Sequence record: DRR378314_1373
Reading direction: 5' to 3' (one strand)
Length of the DNA: 34,067 nt
Under the pieces are notes generated by a model. That model was given only the letters and a program-made list of their open reading frames with translations, was not told the origin of the DNA and did not search any database. Positions 1-9,576 of this stretch are shown here, one piece after another. A program made the position numbers and the translations under genes. The number at the start of each line of letters is the position of its first letter. The stretch's first letter is position 1.

Positions 1-645
1 GGGATCTGGAAGAAATCATGGCGGAACGTGTCGATGATCTGGATCATGCAACGCTGACCCGCTGGGTCAATCAATATGCCGGACTCAATACTGAAGCAGC
101 ATGGTAAAGAAAACGTCCCGCAGACCGTTCGTGGCGCATAGATGATACATATGTAAAAAGTGAAGGGCGAATGGGTTTATGATTACCGAGCGATCGACCA
201 ACACGGCAAGACACTGGATTTCATGCCATCAGAGCGCCGGAATAAAGCCGCTGCGACAAAGTTCTTTGCACGCGCGCTTGAGGTGAAAGGTCTACCGCTC
301 AAGATTATCATCAACAAAAGTGATGCCAACACAGCTGGCATTAAGGCGATCAACAAGAAGTTCAAGAGCTTTGGTTGCCCGATCCCGATCGACATGGTCA
401 GGCGGAAATACCTCAATAACATCGAACTGGAACACCGTTTCATCAAACGAAGAACCAAACCCATGCTGGGATTCAAATCTTTCGCTTCAGTCGCATCTGT
501 CCTGGCAGGCATAGAACTAGTCAGCTTGATCAGCAAAGGTAAATTCACGCCCGGATTCCGTCCCTTTCAGCGGTTCGCCCAACTGGCAGGATGACCGGCT
601 CATCAATTCCACTGATGCTGCTGCCACTAACTTCGCAACAGAACC
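1..645 (+). mobile_element. IS6-family element, 5'-truncated by the window, transposase pseudogene
   Basis: IS6 transposase motifs (DLEEIMAER, YRAID..G.TLDF, KYLNN..E..HRFIKRRT.PMLGFKSF); in-frame TAA near 105 and a frameshift near 159; right terminal IR AACTTCGCAACAGAACC at 629-645. Confidence 0.9.
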
Positions 646-801
646 TGTTATTCAAATCTTTTGAGCTATGTATTTCCAGATCACACCACATGTGGTTTTG
701 GCCAATCATACGAGCCATTGGATGAATGAGATTTATTAAATAGGATGCAAAACATTGGTATTTTGTGCAGACTAGTTGTGAAACCCAAGGGGAGAATGCG
801 C

Positions 802-1095
802 ATGTGCCAGGTATTTGCCGGCCAAGATCCGGAACGTTATGCAAGCGCTACGCGGCGCATCCGCATTAATGGCCAAAGTACGAGCATTAGGCTCGAGAAT
901 GCATTTTGGCAAGTCATTGATACGATTGCAGACAATGACGGTATGACGACACCGGTATTCATCTCGAAACTGCATAGCGAAGTTCTGGAGCTTCGCGGAG
1001 AACCCGTTAATTTTACGTCGCTTTTGCGCTGTGCCTGTTTGAAATTCATGGAGCTCTCGACCCATGATGAACAGCCTGCGGTGGCTGCGGAGTAG
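802..1095 (+). CDS. Ribbon-helix-helix domain protein (RHH_4/COG4321-like), putative regulator
   Basis: TRRIRINGQSTSIRLENAFWQVID...NFTSLLRCAC signature; GGAG RBS at 791-794 favours ATG 802 over the ORF-track start at 745. Confidence 0.8.
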   Translation: MCQVFAGQDPERYASATRRIRINGQSTSIRLENAFWQVIDTIADNDGMTTPVFISKLHSEVLELRGEPVNFTSLLRCACLKFMELSTHDEQPAVAAE

Positions 1096-1126
1096 CCCCA
1101 GAGTTCTTAGAATATTATTTCTTCAG

Positions 1127-1146
1127 GGTAGTAAGCCTATACTACC
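1127..1146. promoter_or_regulatory. Inverted repeat GGTAGTA-N6-TACTACC, candidate operator
   Basis: Perfect 7-bp arms between the RHH gene and the glyoxalase gene. Confidence 0.5.
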
Positions 1147-1205
1147 TGCACAGCCAATGATGGTCTGTAGACTGCTTCTGTCACAACAGAAAGGGAATGC
1201 GGGCA

Positions 1206-1601
1206 TTGGCAAAAGCAATACACTCGATGATACGTGTTCTGAACGAAGCACGATCCGTCAGCTTCTACGACACGGCATTTGGACTCAAAATCGCCGATCG
1301 TCTTGATTTCGAAAATTTTACGCTCGTTTATCTCAGCAATCCTGAAAGCAGTTTCGAGCTGGAACTGACCATCAACAAAGGTCAGGCCGAAGCCTACGAT
1401 CTGGGAAGTGGCTACGGCCATTTTGCGGTGTCTGTCGACAACCTTGATGAAGAACATGCTCGGTTCGAACGCGAGGGGCTGGCTCCACGTAAGCTCGTCG
1501 AGTTTGCGCCGGATGGCAGACTTGTTGGCCGCTTCTTCTTTGTCGCCGACCCGGACGGCTACGAGATCGAAGTTCTCGAACGGTCCGGCCGCTTTCAATA
1601 A
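1206..1601 (+). CDS. gloA: VOC-family lactoylglutathione lyase (glyoxalase I)-like protein
   Basis: HSMIRV, ELELT.N, YDLGSGYGHFAV, FFVADPDGYEIE motifs; start is TTG 1206 or ATG 1197. Confidence 0.8.
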   Translation: MAKAIHSMIRVLNEARSVSFYDTAFGLKIADRLDFENFTLVYLSNPESSFELELTINKGQAEAYDLGSGYGHFAVSVDNLDEEHARFEREGLAPRKLVEFAPDGRLVGRFFFVADPDGYEIEVLERSGRFQ

Positions 1602-1619
1602 AATCCAAGGGAGGGAAAG

Positions 1620-2144
1620 ATGGAGAGTTTAAAACGCCGGAAGGGACTGACACGTCGACAGCTTTTATCCAATGCCACATCAATTGGCGCGTCCTTCATT
1701 GTCGGAGCAACGTTCATCGCCGCGCCAAACGCAGCTTGGGCCATCGAAACGTCGGTTCTAAAGCCCGAAACATTTGCAACGCTGGTTCAGATGGCACGCG
1801 ATATTTACCCGCACGACAAGGTCGGCGATGAGTTCTACGTGATCGCTGTCAAAGGATATGACACCGCAGAGTCCGCAGCGTCTATCGAGGCGGGTATTGA
1901 CGCCCTGAACACGGCTGCACAGGGCAAGGGATTTGATAGCTACTTGGATACCGGCTGGGAGCGAGACCGCGTTGATATTCTGCGCGGCATGGAAGACAGC
2001 CCGTTTTTCCAGACAGTTCGCGGTGGCCTAGTGACCGGGCTTTATAACCAAAAGGCCGTTTGGCCGATTTTTGGGTATGAAGGTTCCTCATTCGAGTTCG
2101 GGGGATACATCGACCGAGGTTTCAACGACATCAACTGGCTTTAA
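1620..2144 (+). CDS. Tat-exported small subunit of a GMC dehydrogenase (gluconate 2-dehydrogenase subunit 3-like)
   Basis: Twin-arginine LTRRQLL, hydrophobic stretch and AWA cleavage site; C-terminal W..FGYEG motif; directly upstream of the GMC gene. Confidence 0.8.
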   Translation: MESLKRRKGLTRRQLLSNATSIGASFIVGATFIAAPNAAWAIETSVLKPETFATLVQMARDIYPHDKVGDEFYVIAVKGYDTAESAASIEAGIDALNTAAQGKGFDSYLDTGWERDRVDILRGMEDSPFFQTVRGGLVTGLYNQKAVWPIFGYEGSSFEFGGYIDRGFNDINWL

Positions 2145-2160
2145 AGGGAGAGATGGCACC

Positions 2161-3732
2161 ATGACGGCACCTTTTGATCTCACCGACGACAGCATTGTTG
2201 TCGTAATAGGCACCGGCGCTGGCGGCGGCGTTCTTTCAAATGAACTGGCGCAGAAAGGCATCAGTGTTGTCGCGTTAGAAGCCGGCGGGCGACACCTGCC
2301 AGAAGATTATGTAAACGACGAATGGGAAAGTTTCGGCCAGCTGGCCTGGGTTGACCCCCGCACGACATCGGGCGATTGGCGTGTAGCAAAGGATTTTTCA
2401 GGCTTGCCCGCCTGGATCGTGAAGGCCGTGGGCGGCACCACAACCCATTGGGCTGGCGCCTCGCTGCGTTTTCAAGACCACGAGTGGAAAGCGGCGACGA
2501 CCTATGGTGACGTTCAGGGCGCAAACCTATTGGACTGGCCCATAAACCCGCTGGAGATGAACGACTACTACACCAAAGCCGAAGACAAACTGGGAGTGAC
2601 CCGAACCGGAGATCGTGCTGGTTTGCCGGGAAACAACAACTACCTCGTCTTCGAAAAAGGCGCCAAAGCGCTCGGGTATGAACAGGTTAATACCGGTCGT
2701 ATGGCCATCAACTCCGCCGAGACCGAAGATCGTCTGGCCTGTCAGCAAACCGGCTTTTGTTTTCAAGGATGTAAGTGGGGTGCGAAATGGTCTGCAGCTT
2801 ACACTGATATTCCAGCAGGCGAGGCCACCGGCAACCTAGAAGTGCGTGAAAATTCCCATGTCGCGCGCATCTTGCACAATGATGAAGGCAAAGTTACCGG
2901 CGTTGAATACTTCGACAAAGATGGCAATCTCCAGATGCAAAAAGCCCGAGTGGTTTGTGTCGCGGGTAACTCGTTCGAAAGCCCGAGAATGCTTTTGAAT
3001 TCTGCCTCTTCAATGTTCCCTGATGGTTTGGCAAACAGCTCGGGCCAGGTTGGGCGCAACTATATGCGTCACATGACCGGTTCGGTCTATGCTGTCTTCG
3101 ATCAACCCGTGAAAATGTGGCGCGGCACCACGATGGCAGGGATCATCCAAGATGAATCACGTCATGATCCAAGTCGCGGTTTTGTCGGCGGTTATGAACT
3201 TGAAACTCTGGCTCTTGGGTTGCCATTCATGGCGGCCTTCTTGGATCCGGGCGCTTGGGGCCGTGAATTCACATCAGCTTTGGATTCATACGAGAATATG
3301 GCGGGCATGTGGATTGTTGGCGAAGATATGCCACAAGAAACAAACCGCGTTACACTCAGCCAGGAGGTGAAAGACCAGCATGGATTGCCAGTCGTGAATG
3401 TACATTTCGATGATCACCCCAACGACATCGCAATGCGCAATCACGCCTATGCGCAAGGCGCTGCAGTCTATGAAGCGGTTGGTGCGACACGGGTTTTCCC
3501 AACGCCCCCCTACCCGTCTACTCATAACCTCGGGACAAACCGCATGTCCGAGAACCCGCGGGACGGTGTGGTGAATAAGTGGGGACAGACCCATGACATA
3601 TCGAACTTGTACATCTCGGATGGATCGCAGTTCACGACCGGCGCGGCCGAGAACCCAACGCTAACCATCGTGGCTCTTGCCATCCGTCAAGCCGATCACC
3701 TTGCCGAGCAAATGTCAGCGGGTAATCTCTGA
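2161..3732 (+). CDS. GMC-family FAD oxidoreductase, large subunit
   Basis: GTGAGGG FAD motif, VGGTTTHW, Cys cluster CQQTGFCFQGC, HNLGT.RM and NPTLTI.ALA motifs; RBS before ATG 2161. Confidence 0.9.
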   Translation: MTAPFDLTDDSIVVVIGTGAGGGVLSNELAQKGISVVALEAGGRHLPEDYVNDEWESFGQLAWVDPRTTSGDWRVAKDFSGLPAWIVKAVGGTTTHWAGASLRFQDHEWKAATTYGDVQGANLLDWPINPLEMNDYYTKAEDKLGVTRTGDRAGLPGNNNYLVFEKGAKALGYEQVNTGRMAINSAETEDRLACQQTGFCFQGCKWGAKWSAAYTDIPAGEATGNLEVRENSHVARILHNDEGKVTGVEYFDKDGNLQMQKARVVCVAGNSFESPRMLLNSASSMFPDGLANSSGQVGRNYMRHMTGSVYAVFDQPVKMWRGTTMAGIIQDESRHDPSRGFVGGYELETLALGLPFMAAFLDPGAWGREFTSALDSYENMAGMWIVGEDMPQETNRVTLSQEVKDQHGLPVVNVHFDDHPNDIAMRNHAYAQGAAVYEAVGATRVFPTPPYPSTHNLGTNRMSENPRDGVVNKWGQTHDISNLYISDGSQFTTGAAENPTLTIVALAIRQADHLAEQMSAGNL

Positions 3733-3736
3733 AACT

Positions 3737-3776
3737 TGATTTGCGGTGCCCGGACAGATCGAGCACCGAAACATCA
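3737..3776 (+). terminator. Hairpin downstream of the GMC gene
   Basis: CGGTGC...GCACCG stem just after the stop codon; no clear U-tract. Confidence 0.4.
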
Positions 3777-4032
3777 TACTTGGATCACATAATATCAGCA
3801 TGAATCCGCTGGATTCTGTCAATAAAGAAAAACCATGTCAGAGCCCATGTTTTTATGGGCATTTCACCGTTGAATTTGGTGCTCAGCCTAGACTCAGCAG
3901 GCCGTAATTGCTAGTTTAAGATACATAATAAAAAGCCAAAATAGCACGCAGACGAACATATCGATTTTGTCACGGTTGTTGTGCCAATATTTTTTTGGCT
4001 AACCGAACAAACAGGGAACTGTGAGACTAGGT

Positions 4033-4515
4033 ATGGTTGATATTGTCTCGAAAAAAGACGGCCCGCGCCGTGAAGATCAAGACGCAAGGCACCTTCTGCA
4101 GGGGAACGGTGCAACCATTCGTCGATTGGCAGATCAAATCAGCGGTGGAGAATACTCCCGCTCCCGTGCTGCCATGGCAAACGCCAAAAAAGAACCAGAG
4201 CCGGAAGGCTTGAACATCCATGTATACGGCGGTCCATCTGCCCCGTCGGAGCCAAACCCCGTCGTTCGCATCAGTACAAATGAACGCGTTTTTGTGATGG
4301 ATGCGAACTCTGGTAAACAAATGAAATTCCTTGGACAGCTACGCGTAAACGATGGAACTAAATTTTTCGCGCTGGCGACCAGAGAGAATGGGTTCGTATC
4401 TCCGCTCCCTGATGAAATCAGAGAGGTTTTGAGCGACCTGAACAACATCGTAATCGAGTCCGACGAAATAAAGAAAAAGCTTGCAGATGTCATAACACGT
4501 CGTCTCGAACTTTGA
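4033..4515 (+). CDS. Hypothetical protein upstream of the sigma54 activator
   Basis: 160-aa ORF with protein-like composition (MVDIVSKKDGPRRED...), co-oriented with the activator gene. Confidence 0.7.
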   Translation: MVDIVSKKDGPRREDQDARHLLQGNGATIRRLADQISGGEYSRSRAAMANAKKEPEPEGLNIHVYGGPSAPSEPNPVVRISTNERVFVMDANSGKQMKFLGQLRVNDGTKFFALATRENGFVSPLPDEIREVLSDLNNIVIESDEIKKKLADVITRRLEL

Positions 4516-4583
4516 GGCCATCCCAGAAGTAGCCGTTTTTTGAACCGTCTAGAAATTTGAGGCGGTGTCAGTGAAAGAAAAAC

Positions 4584-6602
4584 ATGCGAAACAGATCCTC
4601 CACGTTCCAAAATATTTCTCCCACACAGGTCAGCAACGACAGCGACCAAAGAGCAACAATGAACGCTTGGGAAGCTTTCGTCGACACTGGGCGAAAATCC
4701 GAAGAAGTTGAGAAAACCGTAAGACGGGAAATTCTGGACTCGTGGGCGAGATGTACAGATTTGGGCATCAACGCACTGGCGCCAGCGGGTACACCGCAGA
4801 AATTTGGCGAAGAACGCGTAGACGAGTTGAAGCGGAAAAACGCCTCATTATGCCGTGCCGCGCGCTCGGCTTTTTTGCGGCTTGGCCCCCATTTGTCAGA
4901 GTCCGGTGCTGTCCTTCTTTTGACCGACCGAAACGGAACAATAATTGATGCCATTGGCGATGATAAAACTTTAGACGAAGGGCGTGATATCCAGCTGGAA
5001 ATAGGCGGTGTCTGGGACGAAAATGTCATCGGCACAAACGGTATTGGCACAGCCTTGCGCACAGGAAAACCAACCTATGTGCACGCGTCAGAACACTTCT
5101 GTCAGGGCATCAAATCCTGGACCTGTGCCGGTGTTCCAATCTTTGATCCGCTGGACCGGCAAGTCTTAGGGGTCGTCGATCTGTCGGGACCATTGGATAT
5201 TTTTCGCCCACATAACTTAGCGCTCGTTGTGGCCGCCGCGAAAGAAATTGAAATCGCCCTGGCAGAACAACAAAGGGAAGAACGAACCAATCTGCTTGAG
5301 GCATTTATCGATTTGCAAAAGCCGCGCAGCACAGACGACACAGTCGTCTTGCTGGATTCGACCGGCCGGATTGTTTTCAGTCGAAACACCGAGGTGGAAC
5401 CCGTTTTGAAAACGGGCGGCTTACCGATCGGAAAGCAGCTTTTGTCTTGGACGCCAGATATGACGGACGGGGATCTAGTCGCAGCATTACCATCTTCTCT
5501 GAGCGGTATTGAGATAGATATTCTTAAGTCCGGAACGCAGATTCAAGGCGCTGCACTGATACTTCCAGAAAAAAGAACGTCTCCGACACCAACCCGTTCT
5601 GCTGGGATCACTATTCGACCACGGCATGGCGTTGAAGAAGACGAAATCCAAATTCTTGGCGAATGTCCTAAAATGTTAGAAGCAATCGAATTCGCTCACC
5701 GGGCTGCAAAGGCAAACGTCACGGTTCTTGTTCAAGGCGAAACAGGCGTTGGAAAAGAGCTGTTCGCACGTCTCATCCACAGCCATCATGTCGACAAAAA
5801 GGCCCCCTTCATTGCCGTCAATTGTGCAGCGATTTCAGGAGAACTTATCGGTGGTGAACTGTTCGGCCATGTAGCCGGGGCCTTCACCGGGGCCTTACGT
5901 GAAGGGCGTCCCGGGAAGTTTGAGCTGGCAAACGGCGGTGTTCTTTGCCTGGATGAAATCGGAGATATGCCGCCCGAACTGCAAACATATCTCCTGCGCA
6001 CGCTTGAGCAGAGGGCGCTTTATCGAATTGGCTGCGACAAACGCCGTCCGATTGACGTTCAGCTGGTGGCGGTGACAAACAGAAACCTTCGGCAAGACAT
6101 CGAAGCCGGCAGGTTCCGTCGGGATCTTTTCTATCGAATTGGCACCATAGTCATCGATGTACCTCCATTGCGTGAACGCGGACGAGACATCGTATTGTTG
6201 GCTGAACATTTCAATCAAAAACTGTCAACCAATTTTGATCGTGAGCCGCTTCAATTTGAACAAGACGCCATGTCCGCGTTTCAAAGCTACCATTGGCCTG
6301 GGAATGTCCGTGAATTGCGAAATGTGGTCGAGCGGCTTTGCCTGTTGCACGGCAATGGGACGGTATCCTTCAACGATTTACCCGAAGAGATTTCCAACCC
6401 CGAACCAAGTGACAGCATGTTTGGATATTCACTTCAGAATATATCCACCAATTTGGATCTGAATGGGATCGAATCCGTCGCCATCCAACGTGCCATTGAG
6501 CAGGCAAACGGGAATTTGACAAAGGTCGCCCAATCGCTCGGAATCTCACGCCCAACATTGTACCGGAAAATAAACCGTTACGGCCTTGACCGTGGAAAAT
6601 AA
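4584..6602 (+). CDS. Sigma54-dependent transcriptional activator, GAF-AAA+-Fis HTH (AcoR-like)
   Basis: GAF region (GTNGIGTAL, WTCAGVPI), Walker A GETGVGKE, GAFTGA loop, Walker B LDEIGDM, WPGNVREL, HTH LGISRPTLYRKI. Confidence 0.95.
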   Translation: MRNRSSTFQNISPTQVSNDSDQRATMNAWEAFVDTGRKSEEVEKTVRREILDSWARCTDLGINALAPAGTPQKFGEERVDELKRKNASLCRAARSAFLRLGPHLSESGAVLLLTDRNGTIIDAIGDDKTLDEGRDIQLEIGGVWDENVIGTNGIGTALRTGKPTYVHASEHFCQGIKSWTCAGVPIFDPLDRQVLGVVDLSGPLDIFRPHNLALVVAAAKEIEIALAEQQREERTNLLEAFIDLQKPRSTDDTVVLLDSTGRIVFSRNTEVEPVLKTGGLPIGKQLLSWTPDMTDGDLVAALPSSLSGIEIDILKSGTQIQGAALILPEKRTSPTPTRSAGITIRPRHGVEEDEIQILGECPKMLEAIEFAHRAAKANVTVLVQGETGVGKELFARLIHSHHVDKKAPFIAVNCAAISGELIGGELFGHVAGAFTGALREGRPGKFELANGGVLCLDEIGDMPPELQTYLLRTLEQRALYRIGCDKRRPIDVQLVAVTNRNLRQDIEAGRFRRDLFYRIGTIVIDVPPLRERGRDIVLLAEHFNQKLSTNFDREPLQFEQDAMSAFQSYHWPGNVRELRNVVERLCLLHGNGTVSFNDLPEEISNPEPSDSMFGYSLQNISTNLDLNGIESVAIQRAIEQANGNLTKVAQSLGISRPTLYRKINRYGLDRGK

Positions 6603-6607
6603 TAGAT

Positions 6608-6635
6608 GCGGCGGCAGACCGAAATCTGCCACCGC
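6608..6635. terminator. GC-rich hairpin between the convergent activator and adh genes
   Basis: GCGGCGGCAGA-CCGAAA-TCTGCCACCGC. Confidence 0.55.
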
Positions 6636-6781
6636 ATTTAGGGACTGATATTCCATGGGGAGACGGATAGAACAGATTCCCTAATTTGGCTAAACGCATT
6701 CAGATTATTTTCTAATAAAAAACACTATCTATCATTTCGGATTTGACGACTTGATCTCTGAATGCGTTGTAATGTGTAAGC

Positions 6782-7825
6782 CTATGGAACAATGACAGCG
6801 CGCCCCGTGAACTTACGGTTTTTGAAATCGTCAATTGCTTGATTGATGTTGTCTAGCGAATACTCCGTCTGGTGCATTTTCACCAACCCATCGGCATTCA
6901 GCTCCATCAACTCTACAAGTTCGGTATAGTCTCCAACCAAGCTACCGCCGATTTTGATCTCATTTACCACAAGATCGACGGTCGGGATCTCGATTTTACC
7001 ACCATAGCCAACAACAATCAGTTCACCGCCTTGCCGTAATAGCTTCCAGCAAATGTTCTCGACACCGAGCTCGCCGACAAAGTCGATGACAACATGGCTA
7101 CCTCCGCCTGTTACATCCATGACCTGTTCGATCAGATCCGGACCTCCATCAAGAACAATGTCGGCACCAAGTTCCTTGGCCAAAACTTGCGCGCCTGGTT
7201 CACGGTCAACTGCAATAACTCGGGCACCGCACAGGTTCTTCAGACACTGAATCGCAATATGTCCTAGACCGCCAACGCCAAGAACAGTGACATATGCGCC
7301 TGGGTAAACCAGTTCGGCTGCACGCTTTGCAGCGCGATAAGCAGTAATGCCCGCATCAGCCATAGGCGCAACTTCCAGGGGTGTCACATTGGTGTTCAAC
7401 TTGATCAGAGAGCTTTCGTTTGTAACGAAATACTCTGCAAATCCACCGTCCAGACCGAGGCCAGGAAACAAGCCATGATCACAATACATATCATGGCCAT
7501 ACCGACAGTTTAAACAAATTCCGCAACTGCGATGCGGATGGCAAATCACCGCATCACCGGGTTTGACAGAGGTCACATTGTTGCCAACATCTTCCACCCA
7601 ACCGGCGTTCTCATGGCCCATGATGTAAGGTAAAAGACTACCTTCGACGTCCATGATATCTTTCCAGACGCCTTCAATGATGTGCAAATCAGTGCGGCAC
7701 AAACCTGCGGCACCGACCTTTACAATCACCTCATCAGGAGAATTTACCGTCGGGGCAGCGACCTGCTCGATCTTTAACTGAACATTCATGGCCGGGTCGT
7801 AATCATACAAGCGTGCGGCTTTCAT
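6782..7825 (-). CDS. NAD-dependent zinc alcohol dehydrogenase
   Basis: CRTDLH, GHE, structural-Zn CxxCxxC-x7-C, GVGGLG and acidic VD residue; last gene of the monooxygenase operon. Confidence 0.92.
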   Translation of the reverse strand: MKAARLYDYDPAMNVQLKIEQVAAPTVNSPDEVIVKVGAAGLCRTDLHIIEGVWKDIMDVEGSLLPYIMGHENAGWVEDVGNNVTSVKPGDAVICHPHRSCGICLNCRYGHDMYCDHGLFPGLGLDGGFAEYFVTNESSLIKLNTNVTPLEVAPMADAGITAYRAAKRAAELVYPGAYVTVLGVGGLGHIAIQCLKNLCGARVIAVDREPGAQVLAKELGADIVLDGGPDLIEQVMDVTGGGSHVVIDFVGELGVENICWKLLRQGGELIVVGYGGKIEIPTVDLVVNEIKIGGSLVGDYTELVELMELNADGLVKMHQTEYSLDNINQAIDDFKNRKFTGRAVIVP

Positions 7826-7872
7826 GTTTCATTCCTTTTCTTAACTTATTTTGGTTCTTCGAAAGCGATGGG

Positions 7873-9510
7873 TTATGGACGTCCCAACAGTTCAGCGCCG
7901 CCACCCAGAGCCGGGCCTTCGGTCGGATCGGCTTCACCTTCAGACAGATCGCCGACCAGTGTTTCTGTGGTCAGGATCAACGTCGCGACTGATGTCGCAT
8001 TGACCAAGGCACTGGCAGTAACACGAACGGGATCAATTATTCCGGCTTCGAACATGTCGCGGAATTCGCCCTTTGACGCGTCAAAACCGTGCCCTCTTGG
8101 GCCGGCCGTAATGGATGCAATCACCGCATTCGAATCCGCGCCGGCATTGCTGGCGATCCGATCAACTGGGCAGGTCAGAACCGAACGAACCAATTCGACA
8201 CCTTTGCAGACATCGCCGTCGTTCGCCGAAACGACGCCTTCCAAGACCGAACCAATCTGTGCAAGCGCAGTTCCACCACCCGCAACGACGCCGTCTTCAG
8301 AGGCCGCGCGAACCGCGCAAAGGGAATCCTCGATCAACTGAATTTTGCGTTTTTGTTCGACAGGTGTGAAACCGCCAGCATAGATAACAGCGGTTCCGCC
8401 GGACAATTTGGACACACGCTCGCGCAACTTGTCCTGCTCAATATTCGGCGGAGCGGCGTCATGCTGGCGCTGCACCTGCGCGCGTCGCGCGCGCACAACC
8501 GCTGGATCACCGTCACCCTTCAGAATGCTCGTCAGCGAGGATGTAACCCGTGCCTTTTGAGCACCACCTAATTGTGCCAACGTAACGTTTTCGATCTTTT
8601 TCCCGAGGTCACGCGCGAGTACTTCGCCGCCCGTCATGATCGCAAGATCATCCATCATCGCGGCGCGCCAGTGACCATACTCGGGTGGGTGCACTATCAG
8701 GTATTTGCCAGCACCGTCATTGTCCATCAACGAGATCACGACTTCAGGCGCAATTTCTTCAGCGACCACCAACAATGGCCGCTTCTGTTCGTCGGCAATG
8801 CGTCTGGCATTATCCAGCAGCTCAGGACGCAGAATTTTTTGATCCGTCATCAAAATCAGCGGATTTTCTAGGACCGCTTCCATGTTTTCGCGGTCCGTCA
8901 CCATATGATGTGAGATGTAGCCCCGCTCGAAGGACATGCCCTCGACAACTTCAAGCGTTGTGTCGATGGTTACCCCAAAATCGGCGGTAATAACACCCTC
9001 TTTCCCTACACGTTTGAAAGCTTCGGCCACCAACGATCCCAGTTCAGGGTCTGTGGCCGACACCCGCGCGACAGATTCCAGATAACTGGGGTTGTCGTCG
9101 CAAGACCGCGATGCCTCATCCAGCGCGTTGATGATTTTGCGTACAGCCAGTTCAATGCCCTTGCATAGATCCACGGGTTTGACGCCCTCGGCTGTCAATT
9201 CGACACCTTTCTGGATCAACGCATTGGCCAAGACTATCGCAGTGGTCGTACCGTCGCCCGCGACTTCATTGGTCTGCATCGACACTTCACGGACCACTTG
9301 GGCACCCATGTTTTCAAATCTGTCGGACAACTCAATTTCGGATGCGATGGATACACCGTCCCGGGTCACCAGAGGGGTGCCAACGGGTCGGTCAATCATC
9401 GCGTTCAAGCCCTTGGGACCAAGCGTCGGCTCCACTGCCGCGGCCAGTTTGGAAACACCTTTGGCGAGCGCCTGCCGTGCTGTTCCGTTGTGTATCAGTA
9501 GTTTTGCCAT
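7873..9510 (-). CDS. groEL: Monooxygenase-associated GroEL/Cpn60 paralogue (PrmG/MimG-like)
   Basis: TLGPKG, GDGTTTA, GVVAGGG, GIIDP motifs; no GGM tail; located inside the operon. Confidence 0.92.
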   Translation of the reverse strand: MAKLLIHNGTARQALAKGVSKLAAAVEPTLGPKGLNAMIDRPVGTPLVTRDGVSIASEIELSDRFENMGAQVVREVSMQTNEVAGDGTTTAIVLANALIQKGVELTAEGVKPVDLCKGIELAVRKIINALDEASRSCDDNPSYLESVARVSATDPELGSLVAEAFKRVGKEGVITADFGVTIDTTLEVVEGMSFERGYISHHMVTDRENMEAVLENPLILMTDQKILRPELLDNARRIADEQKRPLLVVAEEIAPEVVISLMDNDGAGKYLIVHPPEYGHWRAAMMDDLAIMTGGEVLARDLGKKIENVTLAQLGGAQKARVTSSLTSILKGDGDPAVVRARRAQVQRQHDAAPPNIEQDKLRERVSKLSGGTAVIYAGGFTPVEQKRKIQLIEDSLCAVRAASEDGVVAGGGTALAQIGSVLEGVVSANDGDVCKGVELVRSVLTCPVDRIASNAGADSNAVIASITAGPRGHGFDASKGEFRDMFEAGIIDPVRVTASALVNATSVATLILTTETLVGDLSEGEADPTEGPALGGGAELLGRP

Positions 9511-9576
9511 AACTTCTCCCTTCCATCGGCTCAGAACCGATGGCTTCTTATGTTGACGGTTACGCAGGAAACGTAT

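Noticed and set aside
3973-3986. Minus-strand TGGCAC as a second sigma54 promoter
   Set aside because: The -12 position reads CCGT rather than TTGC, and it points into the 3' end of the GMC operon
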